This document shows positions 1 to 7,567 of a stretch of DNA of 64,000 nt, piece after piece. The number at the start of each line of letters is the position of its first letter. The stretch's first letter is position 1. The DNA is from Longimicrobiales bacterium (GTDB lineage: Bacteria; Gemmatimonadota; Gemmatimonadetes; Longimicrobiales; Gaopeijiaceae): NCBI GenBank assembly GCA_041690395.1, contig JAWLHJ010000001.1, positions 384,001 through 448,000 of the forward strand, read 5' to 3'. The notes under the pieces were generated by a model. It was not told the DNA's origin and made no database searches. It was given only the letters and a program-made list of their open reading frames with translations. The translations under genes were made by a program, and so were the position numbers.

Positions 1-164
1 ACCAGCGAGTTGTCCGTGTAGATCAGCATCCCCGTGCACCCCTGCCGGTCACTCCACTGCGCCACCCGCGTCGCCGCCTCGAGGTACTCGGCCCCGGAAT
101 CGTAGAACTTGGATTGCGGGAGGGTGGAGTACAGGTCGATCGGGGTGCTGTCGCCGTTGAACAT
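1..164 (-). CDS. 5' part of a probable LLM-class (luciferase-like) flavin-dependent oxidoreductase, running off the left edge
   Basis: Not in the ORF track. Manual translation from ATG at 164 (GAGAGG RBS-like site upstream) gives MFNGDSTPIDLYSTLPQSKFYDSGAEYLEAATRVAQWSDRQGCTGMLIYTDNSL. This resembles the N-terminus of LLM/SsuD-like proteins (xSTxPQS...VAxWS...GxLxYTDNSL). Confidence 0.6.
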   Translation of the reverse strand, partial: MFNGDSTPIDLYSTLPQSKFYDSGAEYLEAATRVAQWSDRQGCTGMLIYTDNSL

Positions 165-355
165 GCTGCCTCTCTTCCGGGTGCCTGGGACCTGGTAGTG
201 ACGCGCCCTGCCTAGCGCGGGCGACACCTCTGTCGCCGGGTCGCGTCACCTGTTCGGACGGTCACGAGGAGGCTCGGAGCCCCGCGCGCCTACTGGTGCT
301 GCGACGCGGGGCCCGGGAGGGGGTGCGGCCGGCCGCGTGACCGAGGGTAGAGGGA

Positions 356-371
356 AGCAAGAAGACGGCCA
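356..371 (-). promoter_or_regulatory. Putative sigma54 -24/-12 promoter for the LLM gene
   Basis: Minus strand reads TGGCCGTCTTCTTGCT (GG-N10-GC, TGGC...TTGCT). It is intergenic, just after the stop of the upstream gene. Confidence 0.5.
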
Positions 372-382
372 GTCGTGGCTGA

Positions 383-919
383 TCATCTTGCGATTACGCC
401 GATGCGCTCTTTGCCACTCTTTCCGCCGCCGGCCGCTCGTCCGACCTGGCCTGCCCAGAGGAAAGACAGGCGCGCCAGAAGCAGAAATGCGATCGGGAAC
501 GCGACGCTCTGGAAGGACGTCTTGATGATGGCCTTCATGATGCCCGTGCCGGCGCCTCCGGCCGTGGCCGCGGAGAGGGCGATGGACACATTGCGCGCGT
601 ACATGAGGGCGGCCCCGATGATCAGCAGGGCGATGATGATGTGCACGAAGCCCAGGGCACGGAGCGGCCAGGCCCGGTCTGCGTGCGCGAACCACACCTG
701 GACGAGCGCGAAGCCGAACGCCACGCTGAGCAGGCCGTTGAAGCTCCCGGAGACCGTCCCAAACTCCCACTCTCGGTTGCCGAAGTTGGTCGGGAACCAG
801 GTGAGCAATACGTCCACGCCAGCTACCAGCACGAAAAGGATGCCGATACCGCCGGCCACCCGAGCGAGCTGGTCCTGGGTGACGGGGGGGCGAGGCGACG
901 CTGATTGACGATCTGACAT
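383..919 (-). CDS. Hypothetical inner-membrane protein, about 4 TM helices
   Basis: 178 aa with four hydrophobic segments and a FPTNFGNREWEFG loop. Function not recognised with certainty. Confidence 0.7.
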   Translation of the reverse strand: MSDRQSASPRPPVTQDQLARVAGGIGILFVLVAGVDVLLTWFPTNFGNREWEFGTVSGSFNGLLSVAFGFALVQVWFAHADRAWPLRALGFVHIIIALLIIGAALMYARNVSIALSAATAGGAGTGIMKAIIKTSFQSVAFPIAFLLLARLSFLWAGQVGRAAGGGKSGKERIGVIAR

Positions 920-981
920 GGGCCCGTGTCCGGTTCGGTGTGACGGATGGACAACCTACGCGCGCACATCCGGTGTGGATA

Positions 982-1025
982 GGAAAAGAATCGGGCCGGC
1001 CCCAACCAAGGGACCGGCCCGTTTT
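982..1025 (-). terminator. Rho-independent terminator after the PEP-CTERM gene
   Basis: Minus strand CGGGCCGGTCCC-TTGGTT-GGGGCCGGCCCG forms a 12-bp stem with one G-U pair, followed by ATTCTTTTCC. It lies about 30 nt after the stop at 1051. TTTT on the + side suggests it may be bidirectional. Confidence 0.75.
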
Positions 1026-1050
1026 GCGGTGCCGTTCGTCCGAAGGACGC

Positions 1051-1833
1051 CTAGGCCGTCAGGTCGAACTCCGACTCACGACGACGGCGGATGCTGACGA
1101 AGCCGAGGCCGAGGAGTCCGCTGGCAAGGAGCAGCCAGGTGGTGGGCTCGGGGACGGTGTGACAGTTGTCGCCAGAGATGCACTGAGTCGACAGGCCGTC
1201 CGGTCCGTTCTGGCCGAAGACGAGCATCTCAGTCGTCGCGAGGTCCCACTGACCATCGATGGCAAAGTTGATCGTGATCCACCCGGCGGCCGTTGGGTCG
1301 TTGTGGAAATCGTCGCCTGCGCAGGGATTCAACCATAGTTCGGCACCGGGCAAGCCCTCCTCGTCACACATATTGGCGAGGCCGTTTTGCACACCACTCG
1401 TCTTGGGCGGCGTCGTCTGCTTCGAACTGGTTGTGAGGTCCAGTTCAACGATCCCACCAGCGCTATTCGGGTTGGTGAGGGTCCAGTCCTTCTGTGCCCC
1501 CGTACCGTCGCCGTCCATGACGAGGGGCCCCAGCGCTTCAGCCGCGATGGAGCTTCCGCTGGCATAATCCTGGTGGAAGAAGCCGATCTTCGAAAACACT
1601 GTGCTCGCGTGGGTGCCATTTGAGCCGGACAGGTTCCAGATCTTCATTTCGACGTTGGACACTCCGACAAAGTTCGCATCGTTACTGACCGTGACGAACA
1701 CGGACGCACAGGTGTCGAAGTGGTTTCCGCCACAGACGAGCCAGTTTCTCTCCTGCTGCGCCTCGGCTGCCGATGGAGCTGCGATCAGGGCAATGCCCGC
1801 TATCGCGCTCCAGGTCCAAATCAGTTTCTTCAT
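1051..1833 (-). CDS. PEP-CTERM sorting domain-containing secreted protein
   Basis: Signal peptide (MKKLIW...AAEA) and C-terminal VPEPTTWLLLASGLLGLGFVSIRRRR (PEP motif, TM helix, Arg cluster). GAG RBS upstream. Confidence 0.95.
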   Translation of the reverse strand: MKKLIWTWSAIAGIALIAAPSAAEAQQERNWLVCGGNHFDTCASVFVTVSNDANFVGVSNVEMKIWNLSGSNGTHASTVFSKIGFFHQDYASGSSIAAEALGPLVMDGDGTGAQKDWTLTNPNSAGGIVELDLTTSSKQTTPPKTSGVQNGLANMCDEEGLPGAELWLNPCAGDDFHNDPTAAGWITINFAIDGQWDLATTEMLVFGQNGPDGLSTQCISGDNCHTVPEPTTWLLLASGLLGLGFVSIRRRRESEFDLTA

Positions 1834-1885
1834 CTACTCGCCCTCGGTCGAACGTGGGGGGTATGCACCGCAGTGCCCCATTGGT

Positions 1886-1901
1886 TGCAACCGTCATGCC
1901 G
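1886..1901 (-). promoter_or_regulatory. Putative sigma54 promoter of the PEP-CTERM gene
   Basis: Minus strand CGGCATGACGGTTGCA (GG-N10-GC), about 50 nt upstream of the ATG. PEP-CTERM genes are known to be sigma54/PrsR-linked. Confidence 0.7.
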
Positions 1902-1998
1902 CGGGACCGACTGAGGAGGATCCGCGCAAACACTGGGCTCTCGGCGTTTCTTCGGCCCACGTCGCGGGCTTCGATTGTGGTGTCGATCCCTCAGTCGC

Positions 1999-2016
1999 GT
2001 GTGACGCCGCCCACAC
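1999..2016. promoter_or_regulatory. Candidate enhancer (bEBP upstream activating sequence)
   Basis: Palindrome GTGTG-N8-CACAC (TGT-N10-ACA), about 100 bp upstream of the sigma54 box. Confidence 0.35.
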
Positions 2017-2034
2017 CGTGGTATGCATGCAGCA

Positions 2035-3042
2035 CTAGGGTACGGGGATGATCGCCAGCTCCGAGGGCGCGCGCACCAGCAGCTCCCACCGTACCACGCC
2101 GCTCCCGTCGTCGAACGGTGAGAGCATCCCGACGGCGGACACGGTATCTCCCTCCGCCGGACGCGGGATCCCGAGGAACGGGCGGAGCACGACATCGGCC
2201 GGCCCGCTCCCGTCATCCGCCAGGAACCGGAAGTCGTTGGTGCCGGCGACGGTCATCGTGTCCGATACGACCGCGGTCCGGATCACGACGAGCGCCGCGT
2301 CCAATGCCCCACCGTCGGCGGTCGCCGCCGCCACGGTAGAGACCTCCACGGGCACGGGCACCTGGGCCTGCTGGATCAGGATGTAGGGCGTCACGGCGTC
2401 GAGACCCGGCTGGCCGGCCTCTCTCGTGGTGGTCCCGAGGAACCGGACGGAATCGCCCACGGAGACGTTCGGCGTGGAGCGGTCCACGTTCGTCGCCTGC
2501 AGGTAACGCGATGCCCCGCGCAGAAACACGCGACCATCACCGAAGTTCGGGCGAGGATTCAGGGCGATTCCGGTGGTGAACACCCTGCGCCCCGGCTCCG
2601 CGTCGGCTACCTCCTCGACGGTCAGCGCCGGATACGTCGCCCCGAGCACGATCTCGACCGGCTCCTCGAGCCCGACATCGAACGGCTCGGCCGCCTCCAC
2701 GGGCACCAGCGAGTCCGCGAGCACGTCCGTGCCGACCGCGAGCGTGTAGCGGCCGACGGGCACGTCCTCGAACAGGAACACGCCTTCGTCGTCGGTCTCG
2801 GCCGTGGCGATCTCCACCCCGCCGGACGCCGCGGTGAGCACGACGCTCACCCCGGCCAGCGGTTCGTCCTGGGCCCCCGCGGTCCCGTTCCCGTTGAGAT
2901 CCAGATACGCCTGTCCGACCACGGCCCCGGAGGCCGAGATCTCGAGGCGGTCGATGTCCGTGGCGTCCGAGCAGGCGCCGAGCGCCAGGCCCAGCCCGGC
3001 CAGAGTCGCCGCCGTCGTCTTGATGCGTCGCATCGCCTTCAT
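2035..3042 (-). CDS. Lipoprotein with SdrD-B/carboxypeptidase-regulatory-like domain and probable OB-fold repeats; partner of the TonB-dependent receptor
   Basis: Lipobox LGAC and GQAYLDLNGNG...DEPLAGVSVVL...TDDEGVFLFEDVPVGRYTL. ATGA overlap with the upstream receptor stop. Confidence 0.75.
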   Translation of the reverse strand: MKAMRRIKTTAATLAGLGLALGACSDATDIDRLEISASGAVVGQAYLDLNGNGTAGAQDEPLAGVSVVLTAASGGVEIATAETDDEGVFLFEDVPVGRYTLAVGTDVLADSLVPVEAAEPFDVGLEEPVEIVLGATYPALTVEEVADAEPGRRVFTTGIALNPRPNFGDGRVFLRGASRYLQATNVDRSTPNVSVGDSVRFLGTTTREAGQPGLDAVTPYILIQQAQVPVPVEVSTVAAATADGGALDAALVVIRTAVVSDTMTVAGTNDFRFLADDGSGPADVVLRPFLGIPRPAEGDTVSAVGMLSPFDDGSGVVRWELLVRAPSELAIIPVP

Positions 3043-5990
3043 CCTCCGATCCTCAGTCCGACGCGGAGCATGCGGCCGCGGCTGGTGGGCACGATGACGT
3101 TTCCGAAGTCGGGGTTCACCATGAGCGGGACGGTGACCCGGGTGTCGCCCTGGGCGTACGTGAGGTCCGCTTCGGGATCGACGAGCATGAGTGCCTCGTC
3201 GATGAGTCCTTCCTCGGGCTCGATCAGATTCAGCCCTTCGACGAACATCGAGGCCGGGCGCCCGCCGAGCTCACCGAGTCCGACGCGCAGTCGGACGGAG
3301 AGATCGTGGCTCGAGGGACCCCGGCACGAGTTCCGCACCGCGAACCCGCCCGACTGGTTCCGGAGGCACCGCCACTCGGAGTGCAGGGCGCCGAGCTCGT
3401 CGGGCTGCGGCACGAACGGCACGTCGTTCTCGAACGATCCGTCGCCGTTGGCGTCGACGCCGTACCGGTAGCGGGGCGTGAACGGGCGACCGGAGGCGAA
3501 CCGGTAGGTCGCGGCCACGGACGAGCCGGGGAGCGATGGGATCCTGACGAGCGCGCTCGCGGTCACGCGGTCGGGCACGTCAAAGTCGGAGCGCCCCTCG
3601 GACCAGTCCTCGACGAAGGCCGGCAGTAGCGGATCGAGCTCGGCCTCGGCCGATCCCCGCGCGGCGCCGATCCAGTTGTCGCGGGTCTCGGACCGCGTGA
3701 ACGCGCCGTAGAGGTCGAGGACGTCACTTCGGTACTCGAGCCCGGCGGTCACACCCCGGTACTCCGACCAGCCATCGGGGTCGAGCGCCCACACCGCCCC
3801 GAACGCCGGGAAGCGGCGGCCGTCGTCGCCCTCGACGGTGATCAGCGCACCGTCTTTCACCAGCGTGTCGTAGACGTCGCGGGACGACTGGTCCCGCGCG
3901 CTCGGCGCGGTGGGCAGGTTCAGGTCGCGGCGGCGCATCAGGAAGTCGGTGCGCCGGAAATCCCCGGACAGGTGCACGGAGAGGCCCGCGGCCAGCTCCC
4001 GCACGACCCCCGCGGTCGCCCGCAGCGAACGCGGAGGCTGAACGTCGGGGCCGAGCAGCGCGAGCGTCGGCGCCGACCCAGCCGAGCCGGGCACGGTGGC
4101 GTTCAGCCAGCTCAGGCCGGATCCGGCGTAGCGCGTGGCCTCCACCGCGCCGTCACGCGCGAACGCCTCGAACAGGTGCCGGGCATCGACGTCGCCACTG
4201 TGGAGCGAGCCCACTCCGAACAGGCGCGTGCGCCCGTCGCCCGCCGGGTCCCATGCGAACGCAGCGCGCGCATCGACCTGCGGAAACGCGCTCGGATAGT
4301 CCGTGTTGGAGAGCCCGGATACGGCGAGCCAGTCGGTGTCGAGCGAGGGCTCGCCATCGGGGATCTGCTCGTAGTCGAACCGCGCGCCGAGCGAGACGTC
4401 GAGGCCCGGTGCGGGCGTCACGTCGTACTGCGCGAACATCCCGACCTCACGAGTCGTGAACGTGGCCTGCGCCTCGTCCGCGACCCGGGCCACCCCGCGT
4501 CCGGCGAGGAGCGCATCGGCATCGGTGAAGAGGAAGTCGCCCGTGCCCCAGGTGGCGCTGCTCATGTCGTGACGCGCCGCGCGCACGGAGACGCCGCCCT
4601 TCAGCGCGCCCGATGTACCGAGGTCCCAGCGGATGACCGGCAGGAGCGAGAAGTCCGTGCGGGACGTCTCGGCCGGCGCACCGGGGACGTCGCCGAGGGG
4701 GATGCCCGCTTCGGCGAGGTACGCCGAGGGGATCCACGGGGTCGCCGACGCGAACGTCCGGTCGCTCGCCGACACGCCGCCGCGGAGCTCGAGCGTGACC
4801 CCTTCGGAGAGCTCGCTCACGAAGCTGCTCGCCAGCGAGAACTCGGTGGACGTCTCTCCGAGGCCGGCGGCAGGGGCCGGGAGGGAGCCCGGACCGTCGA
4901 ACGTGCGCTCCGAGTAGCTGAGCGCGCCGCGGATGAACACGCGGCTGTTCTCGTTCGGCTGGGTGCTGAAGCGCCCGAGTCCGGAGTAGCGCGAGATGCG
5001 CTCGACGGACGGTGCCGCGAGCGACGTCACGACCTCCGCGCCGAGCCCGCCGAGCGCCTCGGCCAGCTCCGGCCCGACGCGCGGCGCGAGCGGCGCCTCG
5101 TGCTGGAGCATCTCCGAGGCGATCAGGAGCTGGGTGGTGTCCGGCTTGATGTCGAACGACGCGCGGCCGGCCGCCTGGTACGAGGTCAGACCTGGCGTGT
5201 CGTCGAGGTCGAGCTGGCCCGACGACCAGAGCGGCCCGCCGCTCCAGGCCCCTTCGACCTCGGCGCCGCTCCCGACCCCGGACAGCGTCGCGGCGGTGGC
5301 GTACCCGCCGGCCGCGCCCGCCCACTCCGCGTCGGTCGCGTTGTGGAATGCCGTCACCGAGGAGAGGAACGCGCGCGGGAAGAACGCATCCGCCAGGTGC
5401 TCCGAGCGCCGCGTCGGGTGCTCGGCCCGGGCGACGGGGAGCCCGTCGGTGATCAGCAGGGACATCGACCCCGGAAGGCCCTGACTGCCGAGATCGGGCC
5501 CGAACGCGGAGGAGCGACCGACGATGGCGCTGAGGTCGCCGAAGCGGGTCGGGAGCTCGTTCACGTCCGTGCCTCCGAGCCTCAGACCGCCCGGGCGGTT
5601 CCGCGAGGACGCCGTGGCCTCGATGGCGACCGTGTCGACGGACACCACGGGCGGCGTCGCCGTCCGGAGGCTGAGGGGAACCCGCACCGCGTCACCGCCG
5701 GCGAGCTCGAGTGTGCGCGCGACGAGCGGCTGGTAGCCGAAGGCCTCGGCGCGGATCTGGTACGTGCCGGGGGCGGCGAGCGGAAACGCGAACGTGCCCC
5801 CTGCGCCCGTGATCGCCTCGAGCGTGGAGCCTCCGCCGATGGCTTCGAGCGTCACCACGGTCCGCGGGATGGGCTGGCCGAGGTCGTCGGTGATGGTGCC
5901 GCGCACGGAGGCGGAGACGACGGACTGGGCGGAGGCCGGGTCGGGGGCGATGGAGGCGGCCGCCAGCGTCAGCGCGACGAGTCGGGGCAT
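3039..5990 (-). CDS. TonB-dependent receptor with N-terminal carboxypeptidase-regulatory-like domain (Oar-like)
   Basis: Signal peptide ending ASAQ, then VRGTITDDLGQPIP...PGTYQIRAEAFGY, an amphipathic beta-barrel and C-terminal GRMLRVGLRIGG. Start moved from 6338 to ATG 5990; TTG 6014 is an alternative. Confidence 0.85.
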   Translation of the reverse strand: MPRLVALTLAAASIAPDPASAQSVVSASVRGTITDDLGQPIPRTVVTLEAIGGGSTLEAITGAGGTFAFPLAAPGTYQIRAEAFGYQPLVARTLELAGGDAVRVPLSLRTATPPVVSVDTVAIEATASSRNRPGGLRLGGTDVNELPTRFGDLSAIVGRSSAFGPDLGSQGLPGSMSLLITDGLPVARAEHPTRRSEHLADAFFPRAFLSSVTAFHNATDAEWAGAAGGYATAATLSGVGSGAEVEGAWSGGPLWSSGQLDLDDTPGLTSYQAAGRASFDIKPDTTQLLIASEMLQHEAPLAPRVGPELAEALGGLGAEVVTSLAAPSVERISRYSGLGRFSTQPNENSRVFIRGALSYSERTFDGPGSLPAPAAGLGETSTEFSLASSFVSELSEGVTLELRGGVSASDRTFASATPWIPSAYLAEAGIPLGDVPGAPAETSRTDFSLLPVIRWDLGTSGALKGGVSVRAARHDMSSATWGTGDFLFTDADALLAGRGVARVADEAQATFTTREVGMFAQYDVTPAPGLDVSLGARFDYEQIPDGEPSLDTDWLAVSGLSNTDYPSAFPQVDARAAFAWDPAGDGRTRLFGVGSLHSGDVDARHLFEAFARDGAVEATRYAGSGLSWLNATVPGSAGSAPTLALLGPDVQPPRSLRATAGVVRELAAGLSVHLSGDFRRTDFLMRRRDLNLPTAPSARDQSSRDVYDTLVKDGALITVEGDDGRRFPAFGAVWALDPDGWSEYRGVTAGLEYRSDVLDLYGAFTRSETRDNWIGAARGSAEAELDPLLPAFVEDWSEGRSDFDVPDRVTASALVRIPSLPGSSVAATYRFASGRPFTPRYRYGVDANGDGSFENDVPFVPQPDELGALHSEWRCLRNQSGGFAVRNSCRGPSSHDLSVRLRVGLGELGGRPASMFVEGLNLIEPEEGLIDEALMLVDPEADLTYAQGDTRVTVPLMVNPDFGNVIVPTSRGRMLRVGLRIGG

Positions 5991-6085
5991 CAGGAATAGA
6001 ATGCTCGGTCGCAAAGCAGCGCTCGTCGGTGGTGTGTGAAAGGGGCCGGACGAAGATACGAGGGAACGGGAGCTTCTGACTACCG

Positions 6086-6101
6086 TGCGTGTTTCATGCC
6101 A
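6086..6101 (-). promoter_or_regulatory. Possible sigma54 promoter for the receptor-lipoprotein operon
   Basis: Minus strand TGGCATGAAACACGCA has a strong -24 element and GG-N10-GC spacing, but a weaker -12 element. Confidence 0.45.
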
Positions 6102-6166
6102 GAACGCTCCAGGAACGTGACGACGATACTGTTGACCTTGGAGCGTCCCCTTCAGACAGTTTGTGC

Positions 6167-7456
6167 ATGCGCCCCATCCCGGCTTCTTTGCCTCTGACGA
6201 TCCTCGGCACTTGCATCGTCCTCGCAGCCTGCCAGGCCCCTGAGGCCGTACCGCAGCCGGAGGAGCTCGGCGTCGTGGAGCTACCGGTCGATGAAAGCGC
6301 GTGCACGGGGCCGCCCGATGGCGGTTCACCGACCGCAACGGCGCTGCAGGTGGATACCGTGGCGACCGGGCTCGACGTGCCTTGGGATGTCGCGTTCAGC
6401 GACGACGGTCGAGCCTTCATCACGGAGCGCCCTGGACGCATCCGGCTCGTCGCATCGAATGGAACCCTGGCCGAGGAGCCCTGGGCCCGGCTCGACGTCT
6501 ACACGGAGGGCGAAGTCGGCCTGATGGGTATCGATGTTCGGAGGAACGGCGAGGGTATCCTGGAGGTCTACGTAGCCGCGACCCACCGTCGGGTGGACGG
6601 CGGTAATCTGACGAGACTGGCCCGGGGCGCGTGGCGTAGGGTGATCCGCAGCATCGATCCGGAACGCGGACATCCCACCACGCTGCGCGTACTCCGCATT
6701 CGTGAGGTCGACGGTCGCGCGTCGGAGCCGGAGGTCGTCATTGATGGCCTGCCGGCCTTCATGCTTCATAGCGGCGGGGCCCTTCGATTCGGCCCCGACG
6801 GCTTCCTCTACCTTTCGAACGGCGACGGCGCCGCACCGTGGACGGCTCACGACCCGGAATCCCATCGAGGAAAGATTCTTCGGTATCTCCCTGACGGTAC
6901 GCCGCAGGGGGTCGCGCCGGAGTCCCCGGTGTTCGCCAGGGGCATCCGGCATGTTCAAGGGATGAGTTGGCATCCTGGCAACGAGGACCTGTTCGTCATC
7001 GACCACGGGCCGACAGGGCTCGACGTCGAAGACGGGCGGAGGGACCGTGACGAGCTCAGCGTGGTGGAGCCTGGCGGTCACCTGGGTTGGCCGATCGCGA
7101 CGGGGGTGACGGAGGGAGGAGGGCTGCGCTCGGCGGTGTTCCAGTGGACTCCGGCCATCGCTCCCGCTGGAATGGATATCGACGGGCGAGCGGAGTCCCC
7201 GTGGTACGGCGACGCGGTCGTGGCCGGCTTGCGGGGACGCACCCTTCAGCGGATCGCCCTGACCCGGAACGGGGATGGCGGTTGGGTCGCTTCTTGCGGC
7301 GATGTCCTCTCGAGCGGAGGGTACGGCCGCATGCGTCTCGTCCGGTTCGCTCCTGACGGATCTTTGTGGGTGGGCACCAGTAACGAGGACGGTCGCGGAA
7401 GTCCGCGTCCGGGAGGCGATGTGATTCTTCGCATCCGCCCACCGTCCGAAGGCTGA
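6167..7456 (+). CDS. PQQ-dependent sugar dehydrogenase (GSDH/YliI-like beta-propeller), lipoprotein
   Basis: Lipobox LAAC and motifs VATGLDVPWDVAF, ERPGRI, HSGGALRFGPDGFLY, GKILR, DHGP, DEL, GHLGWP, APAG, GRMRLV. Start set at ATG 6167. Confidence 0.85.
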   Translation: MRPIPASLPLTILGTCIVLAACQAPEAVPQPEELGVVELPVDESACTGPPDGGSPTATALQVDTVATGLDVPWDVAFSDDGRAFITERPGRIRLVASNGTLAEEPWARLDVYTEGEVGLMGIDVRRNGEGILEVYVAATHRRVDGGNLTRLARGAWRRVIRSIDPERGHPTTLRVLRIREVDGRASEPEVVIDGLPAFMLHSGGALRFGPDGFLYLSNGDGAAPWTAHDPESHRGKILRYLPDGTPQGVAPESPVFARGIRHVQGMSWHPGNEDLFVIDHGPTGLDVEDGRRDRDELSVVEPGGHLGWPIATGVTEGGGLRSAVFQWTPAIAPAGMDIDGRAESPWYGDAVVAGLRGRTLQRIALTRNGDGGWVASCGDVLSSGGYGRMRLVRFAPDGSLWVGTSNEDGRGSPRPGGDVILRIRPPSEG

Positions 7457-7460
7457 GCCG

Positions 7461-7476
7461 TGGTGCACTCCTTGCT
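7461..7476 (+). promoter_or_regulatory. Putative sigma54 promoter for the NRPS1-PKS operon
   Basis: TGGTGCACTCCTTGCT (GG-N10-GC, TTGCT). It is intergenic, about 90 nt upstream of ATG 7568. Confidence 0.55.
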
Positions 7477-7567
7477 CGCGTACTCATCGATTCCCTCCGA
7501 TCTTGGACGAGCGGGCTATCGGCCTGTCTCGCACTCCTGACCGCCGTATCCGGGAAACCTTCGAAAT

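Noticed and set aside
3039..5990. TonB receptor as evidence that the cluster makes a siderophore
   Set aside because: It is an Oar-like receptor with a lipoprotein partner. No Fur box, cyclisation domain or catechol/hydroxamate genes were seen.
3972..5999. 675-aa plus-strand ORF
   Set aside because: Arg/Gly-rich shadow of the TonB-dependent receptor.
6015..6338. N-terminal extension of the receptor ORF to 6338
   Set aside because: It overlaps the divergent gene and promoter region, and the signal peptide begins at about 5990-6014.
6326..7468. 380-aa minus-strand ORF
   Set aside because: Shadow of the PQQ-dependent dehydrogenase.
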